64,000 nt of DNA, taken from Octopus sinensis. Its lineage: Eukaryota. The notes beneath the pieces are model-generated. The model saw only the letters and a program-made list of their open reading frames with translations, searched no databases and was not told the origin of the DNA. Below are positions 53,339 through 64,000 of this stretch, one piece after another. The position numbers and the translations under genes were made by a program. Where the stretch lies: contig NC_042997.1 in assembly GCF_006345805.1 (NCBI RefSeq), forward strand, positions 22,010,001 to 22,074,000. Reading direction: 5' to 3'. Position 1 is the first letter of the stretch. Each line of letters opens with the position of its first letter.

Positions 53339-53798
53339 ATGCACATGTGAGTGTATACATACATACACATACATGTATATATATACTTGTATATATATGC
53401 ATGTATGTTTATATGCATATATATGCACAGTTTTTTGTATTTATATTCGCGTGGCATCGTCCGTTTTTCTGTCCTCGTTTCGTATACATTCGATCCTTTT
53501 TCCAAGAAATCTAATGCTCGTAGCTTAGTTTTTCCTTGGGGCTGGCCGGATCGGAGCGATCTCAAGATTAATCAGCCGAAATTGCGAGGATGATCCGTGT
53601 TTTTTGTATCGTCTTCTAAATGTTTTACGTTCTTGTCCCAGTTTGTATTTTTCTACATATAATATCTATAGCGGCGCCCGTACCCTCTTTGGCCTTGTAT
53701 GTAAGTACATATTCCTTTAAATTTGGTACGACTCTATAACACTGTCTCTCTCTCCTACATTTCTCTGCCTTTCACACTTTGCACTCTACTTTGATCTG

Positions 53799-53846
<48 letters not shown>

Positions 53847-54149
53847 CTCCTCCTATATGTGTGTATGTGCATATTGTGTATACGCATATTCATATGCTTG
53901 TTGGCGGAGTTAAAGTGATAGTTATTTGTTATTTTAATATCTTATGATTCTTGTTTTGGAATAAACTCTTATGAAACTATGTTCGCGTAAAACACTATTT
54001 TGAAGTGCGGATTTCGATCACTTAATCAATGCTAATGGTTTTGCTTTCCCTGTTTTTTGTCTTGTTTATTTTAGACTGTCAAACTGAAGATGGAAACAAA
54101 CAGATTCAGACGAAATAGAAATGAAAAGCTTCGGAAACTGTTCACAGTA

Positions 54150-55010
54150 GAATCGAAGTATTTGGTCACGATATCGTCAACAAATATACAGATCAATAAT
54201 TGTTCTAAAGTTTCATAGTGGAGAAAAGAGCCTTAAGTATGTAGAAGGTTGTGATCGACATTCTATGGATGACAACGATGTGTTGAAGGGCTTTATCGAA
54301 ACAGACCTACGAAAACAACTCGGAAGGTTGTAGAATAGCTCGAGTTGTTTAATATGTGCTTCACGTTACAAAATCAAAAATACATGAGAACTGAGTACTG
54401 TTGGAGTTGAACAAAAAATTCTTTAAAATCGTTGTTAAGCAATTTCCTCTACACCCTTTACGCAACAGAAATAACCTATTTTTTTCACTTTACTGTAGCA
54501 TGTAACAAAAATTTGATGTTTTCAACAGCTGATGGTGTCCGCACAGAAACAAGAAACAAACACTTAACAAAATCAACGCTACTTCAAAGGAACGCCATAG
54601 TCACTCTCTGGTGGTCGTCAAGTGAAATCATCCGCAGTTATTTCTTGATTCCTGTCGAAAATCGACAAAATGCACTCAGAATTACAACGTTTTAATTGAA
54701 AGAACCAATTCTTTTCCACTACAACGCTTGAGTACATGCTTCACAAATGACTCGGTAAAAATTAAACGAAATTGATTACGGAACGCAACATCAAATTCAC
54801 CACCTAACTGCAGAATTCGGTTCGACCGACTGCCGCTTTTATAAACATCTCAGTGACTTTCTTCAAAAGAAAGTCCTCGACAACCAAGCAACAGCTCAAT
54901 GCGCTTTCAAAGAATTCATCAATAGCAGGAATCCAGAATTGTATGCTATGGGAATATATTTCTTTTCACTGGCAAAAATATGTCGATTCTAATGGTCCAA
55001 TATTACTCAA
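54150..55010 (+). mobile_element. Decayed mariner fragment
   Basis: DNDVLKGFIETD, VTLWW, HLSDFLQKK..AFKEFINSRNPELY..HWQKYVDSNG. Confidence 0.6.
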
Positions 55011-55384
55011 AGGTTTTATAAATGTGTGTGTGTGCGTGCATGTGTGTGTGTGTGTGTGTGTGTGAATGTGTGTTTGTATATGTGTTTGTGTGCATGTGTG
55101 TGTGTGTATGTGTGTGTGTGTGTGCGTGTTTATATATATATTTTATCTAGTTTCAGCTCACGAGCTGTGGCCATGCTGGGGCACCGCCATTTATATATAT
55201 AAAATTATATATATATAAATATATATATATATAAAATTATATATATATAAATACTGAAATAATTTTAAAATATTAGAAAGCATCAGCTGTCAGTATGAGC
55301 TATAAAAAAGTAAACATTCTTTCCATAATATTTTATCAATGTGAGAAAACAAGGGTGATGAGGTTCCTGGGGAAACATTGCTCT

Positions 55385-56880
55385 ATTTGCTATCCGATGA
55401 TCAGAGAAGACAAATTCACATTTGGAACTTGAAAAAAAATCTTGCATAGTTTTACTGTTCCATTCACAAATTGCACTTGTAATGTACGAATTAGCCGGTC
55501 GATTTCTTTTTCTGAAAATCCCAGTTTATCCTGATTCTCCTTTAAGCATTTACTAACAAAACCGAGTGCTCCAATTATTATTTGTATGAATATGAATTCA
55601 TATTCTGGATATTGAAGCTGAAGGTTTCGAAGCAGTTGTCCATAGATATCCTCTTTTCCTTTGATTTTTAAAGAGATATTTATATCTGCAGAGCAGCTGA
55701 ACTCTATGACGGTACATACCTTTTCCCCTCTGTCCCAAACAACAATATCCGGCTTCTTTATGCTTACATTTGACAGAGGTTTTGATGGGAATATTCCACT
55801 AGTATTCTTTCGATGGGAATATTCCACTAGTATTCCTTGAGTTTCTGAATGTATTCCATAACAGAGGAATTTTTGTAAGTTTCTTTCAGGACAGTCTTTT
55901 TGCAGATAGCATTGTAAATTGCTTTAACAACAACATCTTGCCACATAGGGAGGAAGTACCGTTGCGAAATTTTAGGACAGCTGCTAATCACATGCATGAT
56001 GTCTTCCACACAAACATGACATAACCTACACATTCGGTTGCACTTTGGGATTACAAGAGCGTCACTGTCTCCCTTTTTCACCAGGTACTTTGTGGCAGTC
56101 CCTGTTCCTCGATTGCAAACGCATAACCTTCAAAAGGTGATGTGATGTAGCGGTCTTGTGGGAAACATACCTATGCATAGTCTTTTTTTTTTTTTTGTAT
56201 GCTGAGTGCTTTCCTTCCAGGTCTTCTCTGAGGTAGCGAACCCAGCTGACTTGGGGCTGTATAGAAGTTCATCAGGAAGAGATTGCTCCTTGAGGTGCTC
56301 GTTGCCAAATTGTACAATGTTGCTCACTTCATTTTTCAGCGCTGCATTTATATATTTATTTTTGCTGCTGTTGTTTAGCAGGTGCTGCCTGAGTGACACC
56401 GTACGGCATTCGAAGGCCGTCTGCACTGATCTCACCTTCACTTCTTGTCAACATCATTGTTTCTGCGGAAGTTCCCAGTTGTTGTCAGGATTTTGCGGGT
56501 CTTGATACCTATGGAGTGGACTTACTCTACAGACCAATCAAGTAGCCCAAATGTTGAGATCAGCACTGGTACTGAAAATGCATTGCGGGATTTTTTTTTT
56601 TTTTTTGTAAGAGGAGAATTCCGACTGCCATATTTTCGTAAGTCTGGTATAATATTCTCGGCTCACTTTATGTTTATTCACAGTGTCTTCATATGATACA
56701 TTTTCGTCTATCTCTGTGTACTTGTAATGTTCTTTGTGTGGAATGGTGGAGATAGAGAGACCGTTGATGCATAGGTTTTGGGTTTTTTGGCATTGATAAC
56801 ACTTTTAGCATAAATCTTCAGGTTGTCTACAAAGAAATTATGAGTTACATTGATATTTCTAGCAGTTGAAGATCCTAGTG
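55385..56880 (-). mobile_element. Decayed R4-clade LINE, family II
   Basis: ORFs 56708..56944 (HNFFVDNLKIY), 56130..56441, 55827..56081 (CRLC..HVISSC) and 55390..55827 (KPDIVV..IEFSC..IIGALG). Confidence 0.85.
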
Positions 56881-57029
56881 TGCTTACATACATGTGCATA
56901 TACACATATATACATACACTCCCCCCACACACACATACATACATCTACCTACATATCTACATAACAGCCTACTAACTTTTCTACTCTAACTCTGTAAACT
57001 GTGAGTATGGGGGTATGATATCTACTATG

Positions 57030-57340
57030 TATATTTCCTATTTAGTATTGGTGAAGTTTCATTTATAAATACATTCAGACGTACTCCCGTATTTGTCTGA
57101 GTGTTGGGTCTTTTGGGTGTTTGGATAAGATGGGGATGTCAAGTTGACCCAGGTTGCCTCCATATTGGTATTTCGGCATGTTGGTAGAGTATGGAGGACT
57201 GGTTTTGTCGTCATATTGTCTCAGATGTTCATTTAGTTATTCCGCAATGCTCCTAGATATCTCCCCTGTGTATGTCATGTTCATGTCTTTACAAGCACCT
57301 TCTATGCATCTTATTCGGTAAACTACATTTCTATTGTACA
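57030..57340 (-). mobile_element. Penelope-like GIY-YIG endonuclease remnant
   Basis: Minus strand NRNVVYRIRCIEGACKDMNMTYTGEISRSIAE*LNEHLRQY..ILSKHPKDPTLRQIRE, then frameshifted VFINETSPILNRK. Matches the VVY-x-C..C..Y(I)GE..R..EH and E...I...P.LN pattern. Confidence 0.7.
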
Positions 57341-57379
57341 ATTACTCCAAGGTCTCTGGTGTTGTTGGATGACACAAGG

Positions 57380-57475
57380 GATCTATAGAGAAAGATACCG
57401 CCTCAAGGTGCCATGCAGTGAGACTGAACCTGGAACCATGTGGTTGGGTAACAAACTTCTTACTACACAGCCATA
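57380..57475 (-). mobile_element. SINE family A, head fragment
   Basis: caaggtgccatgcagtgagactgaacctggaaccatgtggttgg..ttactacacagcca. Confidence 0.7.
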
Positions 57476-58122
57476 TGTATGTATGTATGTATGTATGTAT
57501 GCATGTATGTATGTACGTACGTATGTAGCAATGTATGTAACAACTGCATCGAAAATTTTATGTGGTGTTAAATTTTATCAATTTAAGACAACACAAAAAC
57601 TGTTATATTCACCGTTCGTTTATTTCTTTTAAGTGTCAAAATTATCATTGCACATTTACGACTTAGTAACTCTAGAACTGTGTAGGTGGCCAGGTCACAT
57701 AAGTTCGACGGAAACATTTACATGTCAAGAAAGAGACGATGATTGAATATAACAGATTTTTTAAAAATTCGTTAATAAGCTTAAATGGCTCCCATACGTG
57801 ATGTTATATTTGAGATTTAAAAAACACCTGCAGAGCAAGTAATACCCCAAATTACATATATTTGCATATGAATGACTAAATGTGTGTGTGTACTCACATG
57901 TATGCATATATGTATGCGTTTGTGTAGCACAGGGCTTCATTGCGTCCACAACTACAATTTCTATAATAAAATTCGAAAATCATTTCACAGAAAGTGCAAG
58001 CTTTCTTCTTTTCTTTCCCTTTCGTTTTAGTTTCTATATATTTCTTTTATACTTCCTTCCAAGACAATAATATCCACTCCCCCGTAGTAAGCTTATTTAT
58101 ATATTTATATTTTTGTATTCAA

Positions 58123-58385
58123 AGCGCATTGCCCAGTGGTAGGAGCGTCGGGCTCACAGTCAGGAGCTAGTGAGTTCGATTGCCACACCGAGCTGTGTGT
58201 TGTGTTCTTGAGCAACACATTTTATTTCACCTTGCCCCTGTTCACTCAGCTGTAGAAATGAGGAGGTTGGTATGCATGGACGACTACTGGTCTTCCATAA
58301 GCAATCTTGCTCGGACTTCTGCTTCAGAGGGTAACTTTCCAGGTACAATCCTGTTGTGGAAGGATTCCGATCACCTCCATTTAAC
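58123..58385 (+). mobile_element. tRNA-derived SINE (family C-related)
   Basis: gcccagtggtaggagcgtcgggctc..gagttcgatt..gtgttcttgagcaacac..cactcagctgtagaaatgag. Confidence 0.6.
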
Positions 58386-58588
58386 TAAATGTAGACTGAC
58401 TTATTATTATGAAGCAAAGAAGTGTGAGTGGTTGGCAGTTCGTGTTGGTAGCTGTTCACTGTGAGCCTTTGATAGAGCGGTGAGTCTCTTGTATTAGTTG
58501 CAGTAGTGCGTCGTGTATATACTTTCTCCTCCCCCACCCGTTTCGTTATATTATATATCCAATACAAGGATATAAAAGTGGCGACGAG

Positions 58589-58879
58589 GGATCTTTTCCT
58601 TTTGATGGACGGAATTCAACACAATTTCTAGTTAACTAAACAATTTGAAACTTCGTATACTGGTAGAATATGTCAAAAGAAAACATTATTTTCACTTAGC
58701 GTTTTTGAGAAAATTGTAATTTGTAAGTTTAACGTAGTTTAATTTTTCGAATTTTAACCAATCATATGCTCTCTTTTGAGCTCAAATCATTTGCTGCGTT
58801 ATCGATATTGATAAACAAACGAGGAGGCATGTGCTAGAAATAACAGCCATATCTCTTAAATATCAATAGGAAAAGATCC
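58589..58879. repeat. 291-bp element with 18-bp TIRs (unclassified MITE-like)
   Basis: ggatcttttccttttgat / atcaataggaaaagatcc (17 of 18 match). Body is the reverse complement of 59700-60192 minus its (GT)n middle. Confidence 0.6.
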
Positions 58880-59699
58880 CACACGCATACAAACACTTGC
58901 ATATACAAGCGCGCCTGCATATAGAAGTAAATATACATACACACGCACACATGCACACACAGACAAGTATACGTATACATACACAAAGATACATGCTTAT
59001 ACGTAAATACGCACGCCGCATACACACACACACACACATATATTCAGATACATACACACGTACACTTGCACATACACACACTCTCTGTCACTCTCTCTCT
59101 CTCTCTTTCAAACACATGCATATACATTTGCACAAGCACATAGTAATTAATATATAAGCGTACACACACATACAAACGTACACACACATACAAACAGAGA
59201 TATACATACACACACACATAGGTACACAAGCATACATACACGTTCGTGAGTTCGCCTGGTGTCGATAGAATCGACTTAATACTTCTTAATACTTTTGTAT
59301 CTCATGCTTTGTCCCCTATGTGTTTTGCCCCTTGCCGGAACAAATTTACACAAAAGGTAAATAAACCAGAAATGGGGGGGGGCAATGTTTCATCGTTTCG
59401 GGGTCGATAAATTAAGTACCAATTACGCACTGGTGTCGAGGATTTTTTTCCCAATTTATATCACAGCCTCCGACAAGCTGGGGCATCCTTTTATGAAAAA
59501 ATATTTCGCAAATTTTTACAATACGACCCACATTCCACGCGCACCCTCATATCCCACTCTAGACCGATTTAGGCATATTATTGTTTTGTTTTTGTTGTTT
59601 TTGGTCCTTCAAAACCATGGGAGAAGCCTTTTCGGTAAAAAAAAATAAAGAAAATATTCAAAAAATATCGTTAATATTTTTATTGGGCGACGAAATTCA

Positions 59700-59797
59700 T
59701 CGATTTAAGAGATATGGCTGTTATTTCTAGCACATGCCTCCTCGTTTGTTTATCAATATCGATGAGCGAGACAGACAGAAGAGAGAAGGATAAATAA

Positions 59798-59853
<56 letters not shown>

Positions 59854-59889
59854 TGTGTGTGCGCGTGTGTGTATGTGCGTGTATGTGCG

Positions 59890-59937
<48 letters not shown>

Positions 59938-60192
59938 CGCACGCAGTTTACGTTGTAACAGGATATTGTCTGAGTTTTTAGACGCAGCAAATGATTTGAG
60001 CTCAAATGCTGGCAATTCATTGGTTAAAATTCAAAGAATTAAACTACGTTAAACTTACAAATTACAAATTTATCAAAAAAGCCAAGTGAAAATAATGTTT
60101 TCTTTTGACACATTCTACCAGTATACGAAGTTTCAAATTGCTTAGTTAACTAGAAATTGTGTTGAATTCCGTCCATCAAAAGGAAAAGATCC
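59700..60192. repeat. Second, inverted copy of the same element with internal (GT)n
   Basis: tttaagagatatggctgttatttctagcacatgcctcctcg..gaattccgtccatcaaaaggaaaagatcc. Confidence 0.75.
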
Positions 60193-60439
60193 GTGACGAG
60201 TTCTTTGAAGTTAACGTTGGACGTTTAATTTTTTTCTTTTTGGTACGAAACCAAAGAAAAATCGTTTTAACAAGAACTTATTGACTTCCGTGGCACAGTT
60301 GCAACAGCAACAGTAGGTACGGCAACATTTGCAGCAGCAGCAGCAGCAGCAACTACAGCAGTAATAACAACAAAACCAACATTTGCTGGAATTAATGTTA
60401 AAAGAAGTCTGAAAATGCTTCAAGTTCGTACTCGCCAGA

Positions 60440-61520
60440 CAGCGTAGCAAACACAATTGGAGAATTCAAATACAACCTAGAGGAAGGTATTATCTTCTCT
60501 TCATATTTTCGTAGATACGGAGAAATCTTTAAAGGAGAGTGTAAAAGCTGGTCCGAAGAGAAAGAAGTACAATTACTTTTAAGAAAGTTATCCCCTGCTG
60601 AACACGAAAAACGTAGTAATTATATTCTGCCGAAGAAACCAGTTGAGATTTGTTTCGGTGAAACAATATTTTATCGAAAATTTTCAGTGATTGAAGTTCC
60701 CTGTTCAATACTCGCTGGCAACGTTTAAATTTGGTCAAAAAAGATGAGGAAGATTTCTTCACCTATGCCGGAGTAGTTAGCGGAGAGTGTGAGAAATTCA
60801 AATTGAATGAGTTGACCCTGGACATGTTCAAGTCTTTAATTTTTGTTCAAGGGCTTACTGCAAGCAAAGATGCAAGTATACGTTCCCGGATATTAACAAA
60901 ATTAGAACAGGACCACAAATTAACTTTGCAGGTAATAGCAGAAGAACGTCAGAGGATTATTAATCTACGATATGACGCAAATAAAACTGAAAAGAAAGAT
61001 TGTTGAGATTCAAGCGTGTCGTCCGGTAACGAATAAGGAAAAGAGACAAAAATAATATCAAGACTGAATCCATGCCATGGGTGCGGTGGTCTACATTTTA
61101 AAAATAACTGTCCGTTTAAAAATGTAAAACGCTATGAGTGTGGTAAAATAGACCATAAAATGACGCATTGTAGGACAGAACCTAAAAAAACAGAAAAAAA
61201 TCACGTAAACGTATTATCGTTGACAAAAAATACGAACGAGTCTCAAAGAAAATGTGTGTGTGTGTGTAAAAATTAATAACACAAACGTAAAGTTACAATT
61301 GGATACAGGCAGTGACATCTCAATAATTAACACATACATGGAAAAGATCGGGAGACCTAAATTAAATGAAACCTCGAAATTTGCCCGTGGTGTTTCAGGA
61401 AAAAAAAAAATTTTAAGGGCGAATTGGTAAGTAACATTACATTTCGTGAAAACAAACTTAAAGGCTAAAGTTTTTGTGTTAAATAGTACCACAAACTTGT
61501 GCGGCACTGACATTCTACCA
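60440..61520 (+). mobile_element. Decayed Ty3/Gypsy gag-protease fragment
   Basis: YNLEEGIIFSSYFRRY, ORF 60731..61006 (DFFTYAGVV..ECEKFKL..FVQGL..IRSRIL), knuckles CHGCGGLHFKNNC and CGKIDHKMTHC, protease KLQLDTGSDISII (D at 61302). Confidence 0.8.
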
Positions 61521-61669
61521 GTACTCCTTCTTATTATGAATAGCTACGGCCTCTACCATATTCTTTGGCGTAGGTATCATCTTTCCGACAGATTTTGTTA
61601 TACAGAGGAGAAACAATTAGTTATTTATGGATATGTTGCTAGCCTGGTTTGCGTTTTCTTTCTTGTTAC

Positions 61670-61830
61670 AACCATATAGCAACATTTATCCTGACCAAAC
61701 TCCAACTTCATATATCCAATGAGAATACCGTAACCAGATCAAGGCTCTTCTTCATCTCATGCATACTCTTAGCATACACTTTCAAGCCATCCACATAGAG
61801 GCAGTGTGAGCTAATGTACAGAGCAAACAT
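61670..61830 (-). mobile_element. R4-like RT fragment
   Basis: SHCLYVDGLKVYAKSMHEMKKSLDLVTVFS..EFGQDKC (RT motifs 5-7). Confidence 0.6.
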
Positions 61831-62984
61831 TTGATCATTATAAACAAATCATCCGTGCAGGCTGTTCAGCAACAAATGCATAATCTTCACCTGCCGTCTA
61901 CAACAGAAAAGTCCTTATGTACGTTCATATATGTGTATGTATAGATGGATGGATGGATGTGTATGTACGTACTATGGACTCTCCTGTCGTAGTTGACAGG
62001 TGAGGGTTCTGCAGCTTCTTGATGAACAACCTACACAAAGCATTTTGTAGTGATCAAATGTTTGTAGTGTATATTAGTTCAAACACTCCATCAAATCGAC
62101 ATTGCTTGTACAGGTGCATAGGGTTCCACATGCTAGATGTCGAAATATTTGCAGAGTAACGTGAGATGGGATGTTTTGCTCAAAAACAGAGGAATTGAAA
62201 CGACGGTTTTCCGATGAGTGCAATACCCGAACTGCTATATACATATACATACAAACATATATATTCATATGATTTATATACACACTCAAACACACACACA
62301 CGCACGCACTCACACACATACACACACATGCATACATACATACATACATACGTACATACATCTACGTGCGTGCGTGTGTGCTTGTGCCTGTGTGCGCGCA
62401 TGCATGACCGAATTAACCATGTGTTTAGAATATGAAAAGAAATAGAGCACCACATAGTTGTAAGTAAATTATATGCTCCTATTGCTTACTACTAAGTGTG
62501 TGAATTAAATAAAAATATAAACCTTATATTCATTCAATAAACATTTGTGGGCTTGGGTTGGGAAAACAACTGTATTTTTCATTCATATTTTTTCACGTTC
62601 AGCGCTTCTGTCATATTATCTTGTCTCTAAGGTAACGGAAGGGTCAGAGCGCTATTGCTTGGCTATAGTAAAAGCTTCAGCATACTTTAATCTGACTGTG
62701 TGATTCAAGTATGTTCAAGTCACTAATTATTTGCTGAAAGATTGAACTTAGAAGTATTCGCGTTACATGCGAGTCTTTTGTGTGGGGTAAAATTCCAGAA
62801 ATGTTTAACTTGCAAAATAGTCAAATAGTTTTCTATTTAAATAAACTCGCTGAAGTTTTCATATAGTTGCTAAGGTAAAAGTTTAAGACGTTATCTCGTA
62901 GAAGTATATAAATAAAGATACTTTCCCCTTACCACTGCTGTCACAGTGGTTATTTTTCATTTTTTAAAAATGTTTACTCTCATT

Positions 62985-63120
62985 CTTTCACTCAATCATT
63001 TGATTGTCGCCATTTTGGAACACCGCCTTAAAGAGTTTTAGTCGAAGAAATCGACCTTAGGACTTATTCTTTGTAAACCTAGTGCTTATTCTATCCGTCT
63101 CTTTTGCCGAAGCGCTATGT
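62985..63120 (-). mobile_element. SINE family A, 3' fragment
   Basis: caatcatttgattgtcgcc..caccgcctt..ttattctatccgtctcttttgccgaa. Confidence 0.65.
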
Positions 63121-63160
63121 TACACACACAAAGATACACACAAACACACATAGATGTATT

Positions 63161-63207
<47 letters not shown>

Positions 63208-64000
63208 TATATATATAAATAAAACATATGCATATATACATACATATATGTACTACCTACCTCAACATGTATATATACATGCATATATGGGTACAGGACA
63301 CCAAAAAAACGTCGAACACAATGAGAAACGAAAACATAAACACAAAACCGAGGAAATGGACATTTTTTTAAACAACGAAAAAATAGAGTACAGGACATAT
63401 TTCCCCTTCTTCAGTCGCCTTAATTTCATCTACTCCACGTTCCGTAGGTCAGGCGATACATGACTTCAATGAAATTTTCCTTCGCGCGGAAATCAAATTA
63501 AATAAAATTTGAGATTTTTTTGCGGAGGGGTAAAAATGGTAACAAAAACAGGACAGTAACGACAGTACAAAATATAAACAGGACAACGGAGAATAACAGT
63601 AACACAAACAAGGAGGGCTGTTAAGCCAAACGAGATAAATTTTTTTTACGAACGCTGTTCTTTGGGATCGGCAGAGCAACAGATTTTACCGTCCCTACTT
63701 GGAGGAAACTGGAGAAGAAAAGACAGAAATAGGCATCTCATCACGTGACCGCGACGGGACGGAGAAGGAGGAGTAAGAGAAAGGGAGAGAAAAAATGGGG
63801 ATGGTGGTAGAGAAAAGAATGAAGAATGAGAGAAAGAGGGAGAGACAGTAAGGTAGAAGAATGGGAAAGCCAAAAGAATGAAGGCTGAGAAAGGGAGGGG
63901 GAGAGAAAGGTTAAGAGTGCGCATCAGTATTAATATTAAGAACAATCTTACTTAGAAATGGATGCGTGCGTTCAGTCATATATAAATAAATAAATAAATA

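Noticed and set aside
53440-54100. Possible Penelope-like UTR segments (also 63270-63960)
   Set aside because: They look like interspersed repeats beside microsatellites, but I found no diagnostic ORF or ribozyme to classify them.

Overview
Eukaryotic, AT-rich, microsatellite-saturated DNA. The tRNA-derived SINE families and repeat landscape look like an octopod cephalopod; this is an inference from repeat content, not a database hit. I find no host protein-coding exon I can support: almost all listed ORFs are microsatellite translations or transposon fragments. The window is a nested transposon graveyard. It holds R4/Dong-type non-LTR elements (one young 5'-truncated copy with an uninterrupted ~390-aa thumb/zinc-knuckle/restriction-like endonuclease frame inside (TAA)n), Tx1-, RTE- and Gypsy-like remnants, several Tc1/mariner relics, a hAT (Buster-like) relic, a Penelope-like GIY-YIG remnant and many SINEs. 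The most interesting signal, absent from the ORF track, is a set of small non-coding repeats carrying type I hammerhead ribozyme (HHR) motifs with palindromic stem III. These are a ~535-bp unit in a 3x tandem array plus an inverted copy (1198-3501), a ~240-bp unit in three copies (387-1110), a 224-bp-arm palindrome (6843-7331) and a 262-bp palindrome with a possible G3-C8 covariant core (27283-27544). All abut (TA)n and all form head-to-head inversions. This fits Penelope-like pLTRs or retrozyme-like repeats. Ribozyme activity and novelty are untested.
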